From Chiloscyllium plagiosum (taxonomy: Eukaryota), in assembly GCF_004010195.1 (NCBI RefSeq), contig NC_057711.1, positions 83,618,465-83,682,464 of the forward strand: a stretch of 64,000 nucleotides of DNA. Reading direction: 5' to 3'. Made by a program: the position numbers and the translations under genes. Positions within the stretch are counted from its first letter, which is position 1. The number at the start of each line of letters is the position of its first letter. Of this stretch, positions 62,621 to 64,000 are shown piece after piece. The notes under the pieces are model-generated. The model had not been told where the DNA came from. It saw only the letters and a program-made list of their open reading frames with translations, and ran no database searches.

Positions 62621-64000
62621 CATAGAACATAGAACAATACAGCACAGAACAGGACCTTCGGCCCACATTTGTCCTAGCTTAAGCACCTATCCATGTACCT
62701 ATCCAATTGCCGCTTAAAGGTCACCAATGATTCTGACTCTGCCACTCCCACAGGCAGCACATTCCATGCCCCCACCTACCCCTAAAAACCTACCCCTGAC
62801 ATCCCCCCATACCCTCCACCCTTCACCTTAAATTTATGTCCCCTTGTAACACTCTGTTGTACCCAGGGAAAAAGTCTCTGACTGTCTACTCTATCTATTC
62901 CCCTGATCATCTTATAAACCTTTATCAAGTCACCCCTCATCCTTCGCCGTTCCAATGAGAAAAGGCCTAGCACTCTCAACCTATCCTCATACGACCTATT
63001 CTCCATTCCAGGCAACATCCTGGTAAATCTCCTCTGCACCCTCTCCAAAGTTTCCACATCTTTCCTAAAGTGAGGCGACCAGAACTGCACACAGTACTCC
63101 AAATGTGGCCTTACCAAGGTCCTGGACAGCTGCAACATCACCTCACGACTCTTGAATTCAATCCCTCTGCTAATGAACGCTAATACACCATAGGCCTTCT
63201 TACAAGTTCTATCCACCTGAGTGGCAACTTTCAAAGAGCTATGAACATAGACCCCAAGATCCCTCTGCTCCTCCACCTTACTAAGAACCCTACCGTTAAC
63301 CCTGTACTCTGCATTCTTATTTGTCCTTCCAAAATGGACAACCTCACACTTGACAGGGTTGAACTCCATCTGCCACTCCTCAGCCCAGCTCTGCATCATA
63401 TCTAAGTCCCTTTGCAGCCAACAACAGCCCTCCTCACTATTCACAACTCCACCAATCTTCGTATCGTCTGCAGATTTACTGACCCACCTTTCGACTCCCT
63501 TTTCCAAGTCATTAATAAAAATTACAAATAGCAGAGGACCCAGAACTGATCCCTGCGGAACTCCACTTGTAACTGGACTCCAGGCTGAATATTTACCATC
63601 TACCACCACTCTCTGACTTCGACCGGTTAGCCAGTTCTCTATCCAACTGGCCAAATTTCCCACTATCCCATGCCTCCAGACTTTCCGCATAATCTTACCA
63701 TGGGGAACCTTATCAAATGCCTTACTAAAATCCATGTACACTACATCCACTGCTCTACCCTCATCCACATGCTTGATCACCTCCTCAAATAATTCAATAA
63801 GACTTGTAAGGCAAGACCTACCCCTCAAAAACCCATGCTGGCTCGCCCTAATCAAGCAGTGTCTTTCCAGAAACTCATAAATCCTATCCCTCAGTACCCT
63901 TTCCATTACTTTACCTACCACCGAAGTAAGAATAACTGGCCTGTAATTCCCGGGTTTATCCCTATTCCCTTTTTTGAACAGGGGCACAACATTCGCCACT
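62621..64000 (-). mobile_element. Young CR1 LINE, continuing beyond the window
   Basis: (catagaa)n tail at 62621 and a long uninterrupted RT frame. Confidence 0.95.
62782..63999 (-). CDS. CR1 LINE ORF2 reverse transcriptase, partial (405 aa open; FADD reads SADD; C-terminus frameshifted or deleted)
   Basis: NYRPV.LTS...QHGF...YMDFSKAFDKVPH...GVPQGSVLGPLLF.IFINDL...SADDTK...RPHLEYCVQFWSP. Confidence 0.9.
   Translation of the reverse strand: MANVVPLFKKGNRDKPGNYRPVILTSVVGKVMERVLRDRIYEFLERHCLIRASQHGFLRGRSCLTSLIELFEEVIKHVDEGRAVDVVYMDFSKAFDKVPHGKIMRKVWRHGIVGNLASWIENWLTGRSQRVVVDGKYSAWSPVTSGVPQGSVLGPLLFVIFINDLEKGVERWVSKSADDTKIGGVVNSEEGCCWLQRDLDMMQSWAEEWQMEFNPVKCEVVHFGRTNKNAEYRVNGRVLSKVEEQRDLGVYVHSSLKVATQVDRTCKKAYGVLAFISRGIEFKSREVMLQLSRTLVRPHLEYCVQFWSPHFRKDVETLERVQRRFTRMLPGMENRSYEDRLRVLGLFSLERRRMRGDLIKVYKMIRGIDRVDSQRLFPWVQQSVTRGHKFKVKGGGYGGMSGVGF

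Overview
Repeat-dense, AT-rich vertebrate genomic DNA. The HE1-like SINEs and HER1/CR1-like LINEs point to a cartilaginous fish (shark); this is inferred from repeat recognition only. I recognise no intact host protein-coding gene, so the window looks like a large intron or intergenic region. It contains many CR1-clade LINE fragments (the largest is a 405-aa RT ORF at the right edge), tRNA-derived SINEs, two internally deleted Tx1/L1-clade elements, Gypsy-like remnants and solo LTRs, and several families of Penelope-like elements (PLEs, recognised by DKG, RT C-terminal and GIY-YIG segments). The most interesting signal is a set of small PLE-derived insertions flanked by 7-15 bp target-site duplications (TSDs). 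They carry minimal hammerhead-ribozyme-like cores (CTGAnGA-A-stem-GAAA) and most are fold-back hairpins; in three of them the inversion junction lies at the 5' edge of the core. TE-free stretches hold a few enhancer-like motif clusters and weak exon candidates. Coordinates were counted by eye and the ends of degraded repeats are approximate.
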